From contig CDMY01000584.1 in the NCBI GenBank assembly GCA_001179505.1, forward strand, positions 1-47,204: 47,204 nucleotides of DNA. Reading direction: 5' to 3'. This DNA is from Vitrella brassicaformis CCMP3155 (lineage: Eukaryota; Protista; Chromerida). Under the pieces are notes generated by a model. The model saw nothing but the letters and a program-made list of their open reading frames with translations. It ran no database searches and had not been told where the DNA came from. Positions 25,114-37,283 of this stretch are shown here, in pieces (positions within the stretch are counted from its first letter, which is position 1; each line of letters begins with the position of its first letter). The translations under genes were made by a program, and so were the position numbers.

Positions 25114-25589
25114 CTTCGTGTGCGAGCAGGTGAAGGTGCTGTTGCCCACGCCTCTCGGGCCCTTGCCGCCTGGGTTGACGATAGAGGACGCCAAGAAGCC
25201 TTTTCTAGCAGAAAAAGAGGGGAAATGACCTCGAAAACAGCAAGAAAAACGCTGGAGAGGCGGGCCAAACCGGTCAGGTTCGCGACTCCGTGAAACCGAC
25301 GCTTTTTCGCTACCTGGCCGACAGCCCCCAGTCTCCCGGGGGAAGACAGAGAAGGAGGGGGAGAAGGGGGGGTGCTGAAAAGGAGGAGGGCATCGCCCCA
25401 TTGCAGTAAGGACGGGCACATCTATGGTCACGCGCTTTCCCTCGGACAAGCCGATCTATTTATTCCCAATTTATTCCGTTCGCCCCCCGTTCGAGAGGAA
25501 GCGACCACCAGCCAGTGTCTTTCCCGACAGTCAGCGCTTAACGCCACCTCTCTGCATTGCAATCCCTCCCCACCCCACCCCCAGACACG

Positions 25590-28555
25590 ATGCAGCTCCG
25601 CCTCGCCCTCTTCGCTCTCTTTTGCTCGGCTGTCTTCTCTGACCACCATGGGGCACCCGTAAGCATGGACAGATGGCAATAAGGACGGCTGAACGGCAGG
25701 TTTTTCGTTTGCTCCCTGTGTGTGTCTGCTCAGGAAAAGAGATGTCGCAAGGCGATTGACAAGCAGAGAGTGGAGGGCATCGCCGAATCGCTCGGATTGA
25801 CAAGCAGCTACCTTCAGACAAAGAGCCCCCTCGACCTCGTCCCCCCCTCCGGCAGCGGCTGCGCTAATGCGCCCAACCAGGGCTGCTGCCAAGCCTTCAC
25901 AATGGCCACCACCAAACTCGCCGAAGGCGTCGCCAGTAAGGGGAATCGTTGCACATGAGCGGATGGATGGTCTATCGCTGCCTGCGTCGCTTCACATGTG
26001 TGGATACGCAGGCCAGGGTGAGATATGCTCTTCGTTGGCGACAAACTTCACGAAGATCCTGGAGCTGGCCTCGTCCGAGACACTCCTCAGCACCGTTTGC
26101 GATGCATCCACGGGTGCTGACACATCGACGGATACAGCACGTACCCTAAGGACGATGTCATGCTGCTTTCGTCGTGTCAGGCTGCTATGCCCAAGCGATG
26201 GAGGCCCTCAAGGAGGGGATGAACAACGCCACTGGCAAGGGAGCTGGCTGCGCCCATGCTCGCAAAATCACCACCGTCTTCGACTCCATCTGCAAAAAGG
26301 TCACAGAGAAGGGAGAAGGGCAGGCAGTAGGATCCTTACTGCGATTCTCCGTCTGTGTGCGTTGTTCAGGATGCTGGGCCGTGGTGCCTGTCCAAGTACG
26401 CTGAGCACCTGGAGATCCTCGAGACCGTCACTGTCGACCACGGTAACAAAAGAGGGAATGGGGAAGCTGTTCGTCCGTTTTATCTATCTAACCTGTCCCC
26501 TTCTTATCCATCCTGCAGCACCCCTGAACGAGAGTGTTGTCAACCTGGCCGCCCTGTGTGCGAATCCTTGCTGGTACAGCAACACCAGGCTGCTTCTCGG
26601 CGTCATGGGCGGCAAGCCCAAGGACGTCAGGGGCAACAAGACGCCCCGGGGCAAGGCTCAGGACTACAAGATGATGTGTGCCAGGGTGGGCAGGAGGGAG
26701 AAGAAAACGCACAAACATCAGTACGCAAGGAGACGCTCTGTCTGTCTGTCTGTCTGTCGGACCGCTTCTTCCGTCAGGCTGGCAAGACCTACTGGTACGT
26801 CAATGGATGGATGGATGGACGGATGGATGGGCGCACACACACACACACACACACAACCAACACACACACACAATACATACGCTCTTGTGTCTGTGTGTGT
26901 CAGCTGGAACAAGGTCGGTCATCCACAGACGCAAACAGAGGGAGACGCCTGCGATTGAGCCTGGCTGGATGGTACACACACCTGAGCTATGCATGTTGTG
27001 CAGTTCGTCGACTTGCTCCCTGAGCCCGCAGAGGGCGCCAAGGGCGACGCTCCACCAGCCTGCGACATGACTGCAATGAACGGCACGGACATGACACAGG
27101 GGAATGCCTCAATGGACGCCATGAGGGAGGCGGCCAAGAAACAGCCGGGAGACAAGGGCGTCAAGGGCGTGGCAGAGCGACTGCAGCAAATCCAGACTAG
27201 TAACGAAGACCTGGCAATCTGATGCCCCCCCCCTGTGTTGTGATGGGTTTGTCTATCGTCAGGCGACTGCGAGGGCATCAACGCAAGGATCGACGAGTAC
27301 GGCTGTTGTGCCGGTCTCTACTACCAGTCCTTTGTCAGCAAGCACCGTGAGGCCAAGCAGTCGCCCAAGCTCCGTGAGCTCCAGACGCCCACAGAGGCTG
27401 CCAAGGAACCAAAGGTGTGCGTTCCATGTGTTGAGATCAGTCGACATCGGCACGTGTCTCTCCTCTTCTGTTGTCCCATCAGGATGACGCGAAGACCACT
27501 CCCCTGCCGTCAGGTGAGGCGGGCGAGGAGGCCAAGAATGAGGCCAAGGCCGAGGCGAAGACCGAGGGCAAGAGTGATGCCAAGGAGAACCGCTTCAAGA
27601 CGCCTGAGGGCCCGGCTGCCGCCAGCGGATGCAAGGACATCTTCACCAAGTGCCCCGTGTTGTCCAAGGCCAAGAGGTACGAGCTCAAGACCCGCGTGGG
27701 CGGCCTGTCGGAGCAGAAACTCAAGAACAACTGCGTCACCAGCCAGGTGAAATGACACCCACACATGGAGGAGAGAGACACAGTACCAAGGCGAGGCTGT
27801 TGTTCCTTTCTCAGGAGTTGGCGACCAACCTGGAGGAGAACATGGAGGAGAGCGTCGACTGCGAGGGCTGCGAGTACGACTTTTGCGTGGGATCGTATAA
27901 CCTCATGTCGTGCCAAGACTCGCCCACCTGCACCGGCGAGACGTCCGACGCCGCCACCGCCCGCCTCCTCGTCACCAAGCCCGTCTTCCTCCGACTCAGA
28001 AGGCTGCAGACCGCCGTCAGACACACAAGACACACGGACAATCACCAAATGGATTTGTCTTTATGGCGCCTTGTTTGGTTGTGTATGCAGGATGACAGTG
28101 TGGACGTGACGACTGTGATCCAGACGGTGAATGCCACGGACGACGGGCTGGACACGGCCCTTGAGATGGCCGAGGCGAGTGGCGACCTCGACGCTGCTGT
28201 GGGGGAGGCACTCGACGAGACAACCACTCTCGACACTGTGGTGGAGGGCAACGCCACACTCACCGTCGACACGGACGACAGCATCCCCACAGCTGAAGTG
28301 GTCAGCAAACACACACCCACACAGGGGATCCCCTGGCCATTCACCCATTTCTGTGCCTTGCGTGTGCAGGTTGAGGTCATTTACGACGACCCCACTGTCG
28401 ACCCCCTTAACCCCCCCTCCCAGCAGACCACCGCGGCGCCAGCACCCACTAACAACAACAACAACAACGATGACGACGACTCTGGCGCCCTGGCCCTCTC
28501 GGCGTCCCTCCTCCCTCTTGCTCTATGCAGTGCGGTCTTCGTTGCTCTCTTCTGA
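25590..28555 (+). CDS. Large Cys-rich GPI-anchored surface protein B, paralog of protein A (about 14 exons)
   Basis: Signal MQLRLALFALFCSAVFS; QGCCQAF, GCAHARK..SICKK, LCANPCWYSN..MMCAR, YCWNK, YGCCAGLYYQSF; C-terminal DSGALALSASLLPLALCSAVFVALF*. Confidence 0.82.
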
Positions 28556-28782
28556 ACCACACACATTAGCTGACAGGCGTGTGCGTAGATAATCCACTGA
28601 CAAGCTGCTGATGTCTCTTCCTCGTTCTGTAGAGTTTAGTTTTGCACACGTAGCCACATTGACGTGCAAGGCACGTAGCGTAGTCTCGGCCATGCTTTGT
28701 GGACAGCCACACACACATACATGTAGCGCAGTCCATATGGTGGTCATGCATGTATCAACACTGTCTTGAAACAAAGACAACA

Positions 28783-28848
28783 CACTCGCATTATGCAATC
28801 GATACGCGTCGCGCCCACTCGCATTATGCAATCGATACGCGTCGCGCC
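28783..28848. repeat. Perfect 33-bp tandem duplication in convergent intergenic region
   Basis: cactcgcattatgcaatcgatacgcgtcgcgcc at 28783 and 28816. Confidence 0.9.
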
Positions 28849-29060
28849 GGATGAATGTCTGTCTGTCTGTCTGTCTGTCTGACCATCCTTTCTTCAAAAG
28901 GAACCGACCTCGTGCACTCTCACACACATCATCTCTCTGTGTCTACGGCCCGCCCCCGTCTACGCCCCTCTCGTCAAATGTACCCGACACAACCGAAAAA
29001 ACTACACTGACCACAGCTTTGCTTGCATCTCGCCAGACGTTCCCCATGAAGGGCATGTGT

Positions 29061-30064
29061 CTATCCCCTCATCAGCCGGTGTGTCCGTTGCGTGTATGGG
29101 GGTGTGGAGGGGCCGTGCTTGGGATACTCCGGCGAGGCAGGATCAATGGGCCCCCAGGGCATCTTGTAGTGTCGGAACACCTTGAGGTCGATTTGCCATG
29201 GCGTCCCTATCCAGAAGGGCCAGTCCTCATGATCCCTCACCGCACACTGCAGATACAAGACACACAGAATGTGCACGGCAGGCCGCCTCCCGCACGCATG
29301 GTTCTCTCTGCGCTTCTTACCCCGCTGTTGGGGTGGATGAGCACATCGTATATCCTGACACACACGAAGAGGCAATCACGAGGCATCCAGCCAGGTCACG
29401 TTTGCTTGCAGAGCTGTGTGCAGCCCGTACCCTCTATGCTGCGATATCCACTGTGCGAGCGGCGCAAAGTCTTCCAGCTGTCGGCACCAGCAACAGGAGG
29501 ATGACAGCCAACACATGAAAACATACAGACAGACATGAGCCAATGCGCGTCTGTGTTAAGGTGAGGGAGCTCACATGGACATAGATGGCCCATTGCCCGA
29601 CGAGGAACGGTCCGGCGGGAGAGTAGTCGGTCTCGAAGTAGCACGTGGTGTTCTGATGGAACAATGAGGTGCAGTGGTTGGTGATGTTGAAGTGCGTCAC
29701 CAGCCGCTCCTTCAGCCTCTCGGCGCCCTTCGTGTGCTCTTCGTTGTTCTGCAGGCACCAACACACACACACACACACACACAAAACAAACACACAGAGA
29801 CAGACAGACAGACACACAAGACAGACAGAAAAGAAACACCGTCAAGTGCAATGAAGCAGTCCAATTATTGGTCCTTCTGACCTGCCAGAACATTGTGTGG
29901 ATGTGGTACGAGTGGTAGGGGATGCTCTCCAGCTGGGCCTCGGTCTGTGCATCCTCACATAGGACACTGCCGTCTGCGCGTCGAGGCGGTGGATAAAGTG
30001 ACGGGTGTGCGGCCGCCTCTCGATAGAGGAGCACCGCCGCCAACAAGCCTATGAAGAACTTCAT
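29061..30064 (-). CDS. Secreted DOPA 4,5-dioxygenase family protein (fungal/bacterial DODA type, 5 exons)
   Basis: Signal MKFFIGLLAAVLLYREAAA; SYHIHTMF, AGPFLVGQWAIYV and spliced LEDFAPLAQWISQHRG|IYDVLIHPNSG|CAVRDHEDWPFWIG match the family's YHIH, GP, IHPxxG and DH..WxG motifs. Confidence 0.82.
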
Positions 30065-30405
30065 TTCCAGCCGAAAGACTCAAGCAGATCTGAACACACA
30101 CAAAGGAGCACCGGTTTGATTCATGAGATGAGTCTACGTGTGGACACATGCTTACAGCAAGACCACGGCAGCTCCCTTCTCCCTCTTGCTCTCTTCACGC
30201 TTTTGCGAGCTTGCTTTGCGAGCTAAGCTTCTAGTTTCCAGCCGAAAGACTCAAGCAGATCTGAACACACACAAAGGAGCACCGGTTTGATTCATGAGAT
30301 GAGTCTACGTGTGGACACATGCTTACAGCAAGACCACGGCAGCTCCCTTCTCCCTCTTGCTCTCTTCACGCTTTTGCGAGCTTGCTTTGCGAGCTAAGCT
30401 TCTAG
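30064..30405. repeat. Perfect 171-bp tandem duplication abutting the DODA start codon
   Basis: Units 30064-30234 and 30235-30405 appear identical by eye. Confidence 0.92.
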
Positions 30406-30568
30406 ACGTTCGTTCGTTCGTTCGTTCGTTTCTTGCCGGACACCGAGGTCCCGGCCCTGAGGGCAGATGCTGTGTCCATGAACTGATTGACTTTTTCGAT
30501 GGAAAGGGGTTCTATTGGTTGCATTGATTGGTTGTCGTAGGCCAGGTTGAGCATCGGCAGAAGCGGCA

Positions 30569-31762
30569 ATGAACAGGGAGAGCCAAATGGCATTTGGACG
30601 GCTCAGTGAATCTCAAACAGCCGCAGGTGAGCAGCGGAGGAAGGACTGAGTGGCGGACCGATGCGGACACACACTCATGTGCTGCTCACTGATTGCTCTG
30701 CTTTGTCTGCAGCGTGCTACGGCGGGCCTTGTGATCTCTCCGAGCAGCAGCCAGATAGCCTCGACAGCACATTTGATCCTGCTTCTTACGTGACATGCTT
30801 CAAGTGCGGGGCGTCATGTCAGCTATCTGCGGCATTTCGAGGATGGTTCACACACGTGAAGCCCGTCAGAGATGCGCCCGACTCGATGGCTCTCCACGTG
30901 CGGCAGTGCGAAGGCTGCAATTTCTGGGCTGGCATCTACATCGGCAATCGTTGGTGGACGCTGCCTTGTGTGCTGAAGGCCCCTGAGGACAGAGATGGCA
31001 TTGTCGAGGTGCCTACTGGCATGCATGTGGACCGGCTGCGCGTCACCCTGCTCTTGACGGGCATCCACCTGACGGCGATTACGTGGGGGAAAGGAGTCGG
31101 CTTCCTTATGGGTAGGCGTGCACCGGCAAATGGATGGATGGATGGATGGACTGATTGCAAGATGGGCAGCGTGCGCGTGTATACCGTGCCGTTCAGGTGT
31201 GAGGAGCACCACCCCGACTTTCATGTTGTGGCAGCGTGGAATCCCCATGGGTTTCTACTCTCTCGCCCCGTGCAGCCGCGAGGATGAGGAGGGTGCCTAC
31301 CACACCGTGACGCTCCTCAACGTCTTCGTCCGCCCAGACCGGCAGCGACAGGGCATCGGGCGGCAGCTCATCGACCACTTCCGCAGCAACTATCAGTCAT
31401 TCTTCATCCCGCCCCTCCCTCCCTACTCCCCCGTCCCCCCACCAGGCATCGCGGCCCCCCTGTCTGACGCTCTTAGGGGCATGCTGACGCGCCATTACTC
31501 AGCAGATGAGCTGAAGCAGATGGTCTTGATCCCTGATGGCGGCGGCGAGGCCCTCGGCACCGTGTATGACAATGTGATGGGCGGCGAAGAGGGCGGCGTT
31601 AGCAGCGGGCTCGGGAAGCGGAGGGGCCCTCCGACACCGGCAGCTGATGAGATGGAGAGGGAGGGGCAGGACGATTCGTCAGAGAGGGACGCCAAGAGGA
31701 TGCGTGTGGAGGAGGATGTGAGCATGACAGCGGCTGCGAAGACGTGCGAGGGTGCCGATTGA
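30569..31762 (+). CDS. GNAT acetyltransferase (FAM169/Eco1-like) with N-terminal CxxC..CxxC zinc-binding region
   Basis: LWQRGIPMGFYS, motif A VFVRPDRQRQGIGRQLIDHF, PGIAAPLSDAL; upstream TCFKCG and QCEGCN. Confidence 0.75.
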
Positions 31763-32189
31763 CGGCAGGGCCTCCGCTGTTGTGGCTTGAGTACAGAGAG
31801 GAGGGAGGCGTGCAGCAGTGGCCTCCCTCCTTAGGCGAGTCGTCGATTTGGTGTGGTGTATGAGTCCATATGTCGTGATGGCGAGTGCATGTTGATTGGA
31901 TTGTGCCTTGATGTCAATTTGTGAAGAGTGATGGTGTGAGAGACAGTGCGGCGCGGTGCGGCAGGTGTACAGTACAGACACCATCAGTACATTTCAATGG
32001 TACCTAGATGCAGCCGACTTGCATCCCCCGTCACCAACACACCGACAGCTACCTAATCTACAGCCGCATCTTGTCTCTCACAGCCGTCACACAAAAATGC
32101 TGACATCGGAGCACCAAACGCCTCCCGCATGCACACATGCACAGAAGCCGACCCGCCACACCGCCAAAGGAGCCATTCGTCCCTCCCTA

Positions 32190-33217
32190 CTACCTGCCTT
32201 TGACACGTCCTCTGTCCTTCAACCGAAACAGAGGCCTGACCACCGATAATTTTCCACCCGCCCCTTGTCGTCCATGGGAGACGCTCCGCTCCCTCTGTCG
32301 CTGCACGTTGTCTTCTCGCCGCTGCCTGTTGCTGAGAACGATGCTCTGCAGTGTCCTGAGTGCCCCTTGGAGAGCTACCTTCGTGTCGACCAACACGTCC
32401 TCACTCTTGCCGTAGAGTGTGCCGTGGGGGAATGGAAAAGCTTTCTGCACAGAAGGACAGAATGGATGCGTCCTCTGCGAATGTGTTTTGTGAGCAGCCA
32501 GCCTTCCGACCTCGAGGATGACGCACCCATTGGGAGCAAGGACAAGCAGCCCTCCCGCAGCGAAATTGGCATTCCCACTGCCACCCCGACGGCCGCCAGG
32601 AGAGAAGGCGCCACAGCCTAAGCCTTTGTAAATGGACCCCAGCGGGTCAAGAAAGACCTCACCACCTGAAACCACACAGCACAGGCACCGATCCAAACTC
32701 GTCGCTTCTCTCTTGTTGCCTCCCTCTTATACATTTGAGCTGCCTCATGAGCACAGACAGCTCCTCGCAAGACCGGACAACAGTCACGAAACGAGGCGGC
32801 CCGACACCCTTGGCCTTTGCATTCTGTTGCGGCTGCCCGCCGCCCGCCTCAGCGCCGCCTCCAATGTGCAGATGGGGGTGAGCTTCGAAGGACTCCCACG
32901 CCCCCGACCGCACGAAGCTCTGCATCTCCGTGGCATCCCGCCGGCACACGACACAGCTCGGCCTCCGTATTGCAAACAGCACCAGGCCCGTGTCGGTCAC
33001 CAAGTCCCTCACATAGACGGGCGCGCCAACCGTGCAGTTGTGATGAACTCTCTGCAGCGAAATGGCGTCCAGCTCTGCAGCAACACGCACACAATGAATC
33101 AAAGAATGTCATGAGATCGACTGGTGCGATGGTCTCACCTTGATACGGCCAGGCTTGCGTCAGGCGTGTGAAAACACTCCACAGCGCCAAGCACAGCCAC
33201 ACGCAGATCTTCACCAT
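32190..33217 (-). CDS. Peroxiredoxin-like 2 (FAM213/AhpC-TSA_2) redoxin with signal peptide
   Basis: MVKICVWLCLALWSVF; VLFAIRRPSCVVCRRDA (CxxC), GEVFLDPLGSIYKGLG and AGGLLVL. Confidence 0.75.
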
Positions 33218-33414
33218 TGATCTGCAGATCAATAAAGTCGTCGTTAACGAGAGCCGACGAGCCGAACAGCGTATGGGCACTTGCTTCTGGACATTTAGAT
33301 GCTGCAAACCTACTCGCGTCCAAAAGAAAAGCTGCAAGCTCAACTTCTGCGAGCTTAGAAGTGGGAGTCAGAGGGCGAAGGAGGAGGCAAGCAGCGCCTG
33401 ACTGGCACGCCACC

Positions 33415-34484
33415 ATGGCGCCAGTAGTGGCTGAGAAGATTTTTGAGTTGCTGCAGGGGGTGCTGGAATGGCTTGTTCGAAACGTCACTCTCTTGGTGCT
33501 GCGTGTCTGCTTTTGGCCCGAAAAGGTGGAATTTGTCCGCCCGGTGGCCTTTCCTGCGCCCTGCGGCGGCTCCAGGGGCAAGATGGCTCTTTACCACCAC
33601 GTGTGCCACCACCCTGTACCAACCAGTGAGGGCCCTGCCAGGATGGTGTCTGTGTGTGTGTGGTGTGTGCAGGTCAAGTCCAAGTCGGGCAGCACCTCCC
33701 CTCAGGATGGCTCGTCCAGCAGCGGCTCCACAACGGACTCGCAGCGTGACAGCCCCATTGCTAACGGTCCGGTCCTCGCCCACGCTCACGCGTGTCTGAA
33801 GAAGAGCCAGCTGATGTTCCACAAGGGCCTCCTCCTCGAGACGCAGACGCTCTTCATGGACCTGCGGGAATACCTGTTTCGGCAGTGCCGGGGCAGCGAG
33901 GCGCGGCGAGTGTGGTCGTGGGTGACGAGGCAGCGGGCGTTTGTCATGTGTGTGAGTCGCCTGAGGGAGCTGAGGGAGGCGAGCGAGATGATGGGCGAGG
34001 GGGGCGGGTGGACAGAGATCCCGGCGGGCAGGAAGGGCATCAAAGTCTACTACCGACAGGAGAACGACGAGGCCAGGTGGGGTGAGGCAGGCAAAGAGAA
34101 AGGAAGGTTGAGTTGTGTCACTGATTGGTATCATTGTGTTGTGTTGTGTGTGGTGCCTGTGGTGTGTATGGTTGGTGCGTTAGGTCTGTGACGGTTCGTG
34201 TGGGCGGCGTGGTGGACGTGAGCTACCTCCGTCTGCTGCACGTCGTCACGGAGCCGACCCTGGTGCCCAGCTGGATGCCCATGGTGTCCAAGGCCTCCCT
34301 GGTGCCCATGAAGACCCCCAGAGGCAGCAGCACCCTCACGTGCGTCTACACGCTGCAAATGATCCCCATCGTCCTCAGCCCACGAGAGTTCGTTGTCGAT
34401 TACTGCAACACCGTCGGTAAGGGCAACGCATCATTGACAACATGCCTGTCTGACCATGGCTGGATGCTCTTGCGTTGCGCCCGT

Positions 34485-34519
<35 letters not shown>

Positions 34520-35475
34520 CGGTTCGGGCCGCATCTGGGCGTGTATGCACAGCGTCGACGAGTCGTCTCCCCCGCCCGACATGGCCGGCAGAGTTGTGGC
34601 AGCCCCTCCCCGCGGCGTCATCCGAGGCCACATGCGCAAGAGCATCTCTGTCGTCCAGCCCACCGCCGCAAACTCCACATACCTCGAGGCCATCTCAAAT
34701 GTCGACGTCAAATTCGCACTCCCAAGTCAGCCGATACATAGCACACCACACCCTGCCATGCAGTCTGCGATGGACTCCCTCTCTTTGTGTGTGTGTGTGC
34801 AGCGTCCCTCCAGATCTATATATCCAAGATCGCTGGTCTGCACGGCTTCCTCTCCCTTGCCAAGGCGGCAGGCTTCGCAGAGTCTGGCAGTGAGTTCGCT
34901 GACCGCATGCCTGCCAAACTGCAGGCCGCCAAGGACATCCAGGTGACAGAGACAGGCACAATGCGACTGAAGGACACGTGACGATTCGCTCACTCAGCTT
35001 GGCGTGTGTGTGTCAGCATCGCATCTCTCGGGCCATGGCGTCTGGGGCCGCAAAAGGCGACGACAAGGGCCTGGCCAGCGCCCCGCTGGAGTTTCCTCTG
35101 CTCGATCTCCTCGACAGAGGTGCGACACGACAAACACCATTCACGCCTGCCACCTATCTACAATCTGTGTTGTGCGTGCTGTGTGTATGCTCAGAGGTGA
35201 GCATGGTCTCCTCGCTGAGCAGCGATGCGATTGAGTCATCGCCCGGCTCCTCAGTGGCCACACAACAAGTCCGTGAGGCCGCCACCCCGCCGCACCAGGA
35301 GGCCAAGTGTGGCGCCCTGAGGGGCTTCGACATGGCCTCGTGGGCGTCCAAGCTGCTGGCCGACTGGCAGGCGACGGTGAGGGGATTGGGCGGGTGCATG
35401 CCGTCTGTCGAGGCGGCCAGGAGGCGGCAGATGGAGGAGCAGGCGCTGGAGCTGCTCACGGACCAACTAAATTGA
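33415..35475 (+). CDS. START (StAR-related lipid transfer) domain protein
   Basis: GWTEIP..GIKVYYR, VRVGGVVDV, PSWMP, PIVLSPREFVV, IRGHM and NVDVKFALP across GT-AG exons. Confidence 0.78.
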
Positions 35476-36327
35476 AGCAACGGTCCCACCGCTGTTTCAT
35501 GCCTTCATGCCGTCATGCCTTCGTTCGGTGCGTGCCTGGCTTTATCACGAGTGAATCAATGGATGGATGGATGGATGGGTGTGTGTGTGGACGTTCGTGG
35601 GTCTGTGAGGGTAGTGAGTGTATTTGTGTGTCCCTGTGTGTCTGTGTGCGTGTCTATGCGATGGCTGGATGGCTGGTCAAGTGTTTGTGCAGTTTTATCA
35701 TGTGTGCGTCCATACGTCCACACGTCCTGTTGCGGCAGCAGGCAGGCAGGCAGGCAGCCGAGGGGGGAGGGCGAAAGATAGCCCTCTGCGTGCCAAATAT
35801 CTATCTACAGCCGGGGCCGGGCCAGAGCCGTGGGACATCATTTACGTTTTTTGTGACGGAGGGGATGGGGCGGGATGGGGCGGTGTCCTGCATGACACAC
35901 GTGCATCTGTGGTGTGTTTTTATCTAATTTGCACGGGAGGGTGGAGGGGAGGTGCATGGCTGGAAGTTTCCCCTACCTAGTGAGTGTGCCGGTCGCTGTG
36001 GGGCAGGCAGCCTTTCTCAAGCCAGCAGGTATTTCTGTCTGTCTGCGTGGGTGTGGTGTGTGGAGCTTTTATTACATGATGTAACTAAGACCTTTGCAGG
36101 GACCTCCAATGAACGCAGCGAGTGCACAGCAAGACGCAAAGTAGCCACCCATTCCACTCCAGCAGCAGCACGAATAAAGCATGACAGCGTGACGTGAACG
36201 CAGAGGCAAAAAAAAAATCTCAGTGTCTCTTCACTTTGTTCAGTGAATGCACTCATTCTCGCTCAAGACAGACGGAGCACAGTCACCACTCATTCACGAC
36301 AGAAAGCTCCCACCACCCCCCACCCCT

Positions 36328-37283
36328 CTATCTGTTTGACGATTGTGTGACCTTCAACGATTTGACGATGGCATCGCTGGTCGGCTTAAAGGCGGGAAAG
36401 GAGTCCTCGGGCACAGAAAGCGTCACGCTCCCCAGCCAATTGCGGCCTCCGCCCTGCATCAGTGTCCACACACTGAGCATGTGCATCTTGGGCTTCTCAG
36501 ACGTCGATTGAATCAGCTCCACATAGGCATTCCCACTCCGCATCTCCTCTGCGAGCAGCTTCACACTGTCGCCCTCGGCCACACCGCCTGTGATGATCTC
36601 ACGGATCTTCGACGGGCCACCCAGTGAGCCGATCGAGGCGAAGTCGCCACGCAGGGGGATCAGGTTGATCAGAATGGACCTTTTGCTCTCGTCCTGCACA
36701 CAGGGGGAAGGAAGGAAGGCACACACACAGATAGAGATCTTGGCCGGATACCTCGGCGGCAATTGACTGACCTGTGGGTCGGTCGCGATGAAGAGTTTGG
36801 AGCCTGTCATGCCTCCGTTGAGAGGCCCTTGCAATGACCACTCCTGAGTGAACCACACACACAAGATCCACAACATGGCATACACCGCTGTCCGATCTGC
36901 GCCCCGCCCACCTTCGGTAGCTCGAGGCTGAGCGATACATCTGTGTCATCGGGGTACGGGCTCGTCCAAGTAAAGGGCGCCAAGGCCTCCGCCGCAGCAG
37001 CGTCATTTGACAACAGAGAAGCCACCAACAGTGAAGCAGCAGCGGCGGCACCCGATGAGTGCCGTTGCCTCCTGCTGATCAGAACAGGCGCCTCGTTAGC
37101 CGGCACTTCTGCACTCATCGCCAGCAGTGCTGGCGGTCTTTTTGACGGCATTCGAGGACCTCTGACTGTTGAACCAGCGACCTTCCAGACGCCATCGGGT
37201 GTCGGACTGATAAGGAAAGAAGACGCTGCACACCACGACGTCATGGCCTGGCACACGAGCCCGAACAGAGAAACAGAGTGCAT
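36328..37283 (-). CDS. PsbP-domain thylakoid lumen protein with signal + transit + Tat leader
   Basis: MHSVSLFGLVCQAMTSWCAAS-SF leader, twin-Arg SRRQ then hydrophobic AAAAASLLVASLL and A-E-A site; core SIGSLGGP..KMHMLSVWTL..VPEDSFPAFKPTSDAIVKSLKV. Confidence 0.75.
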
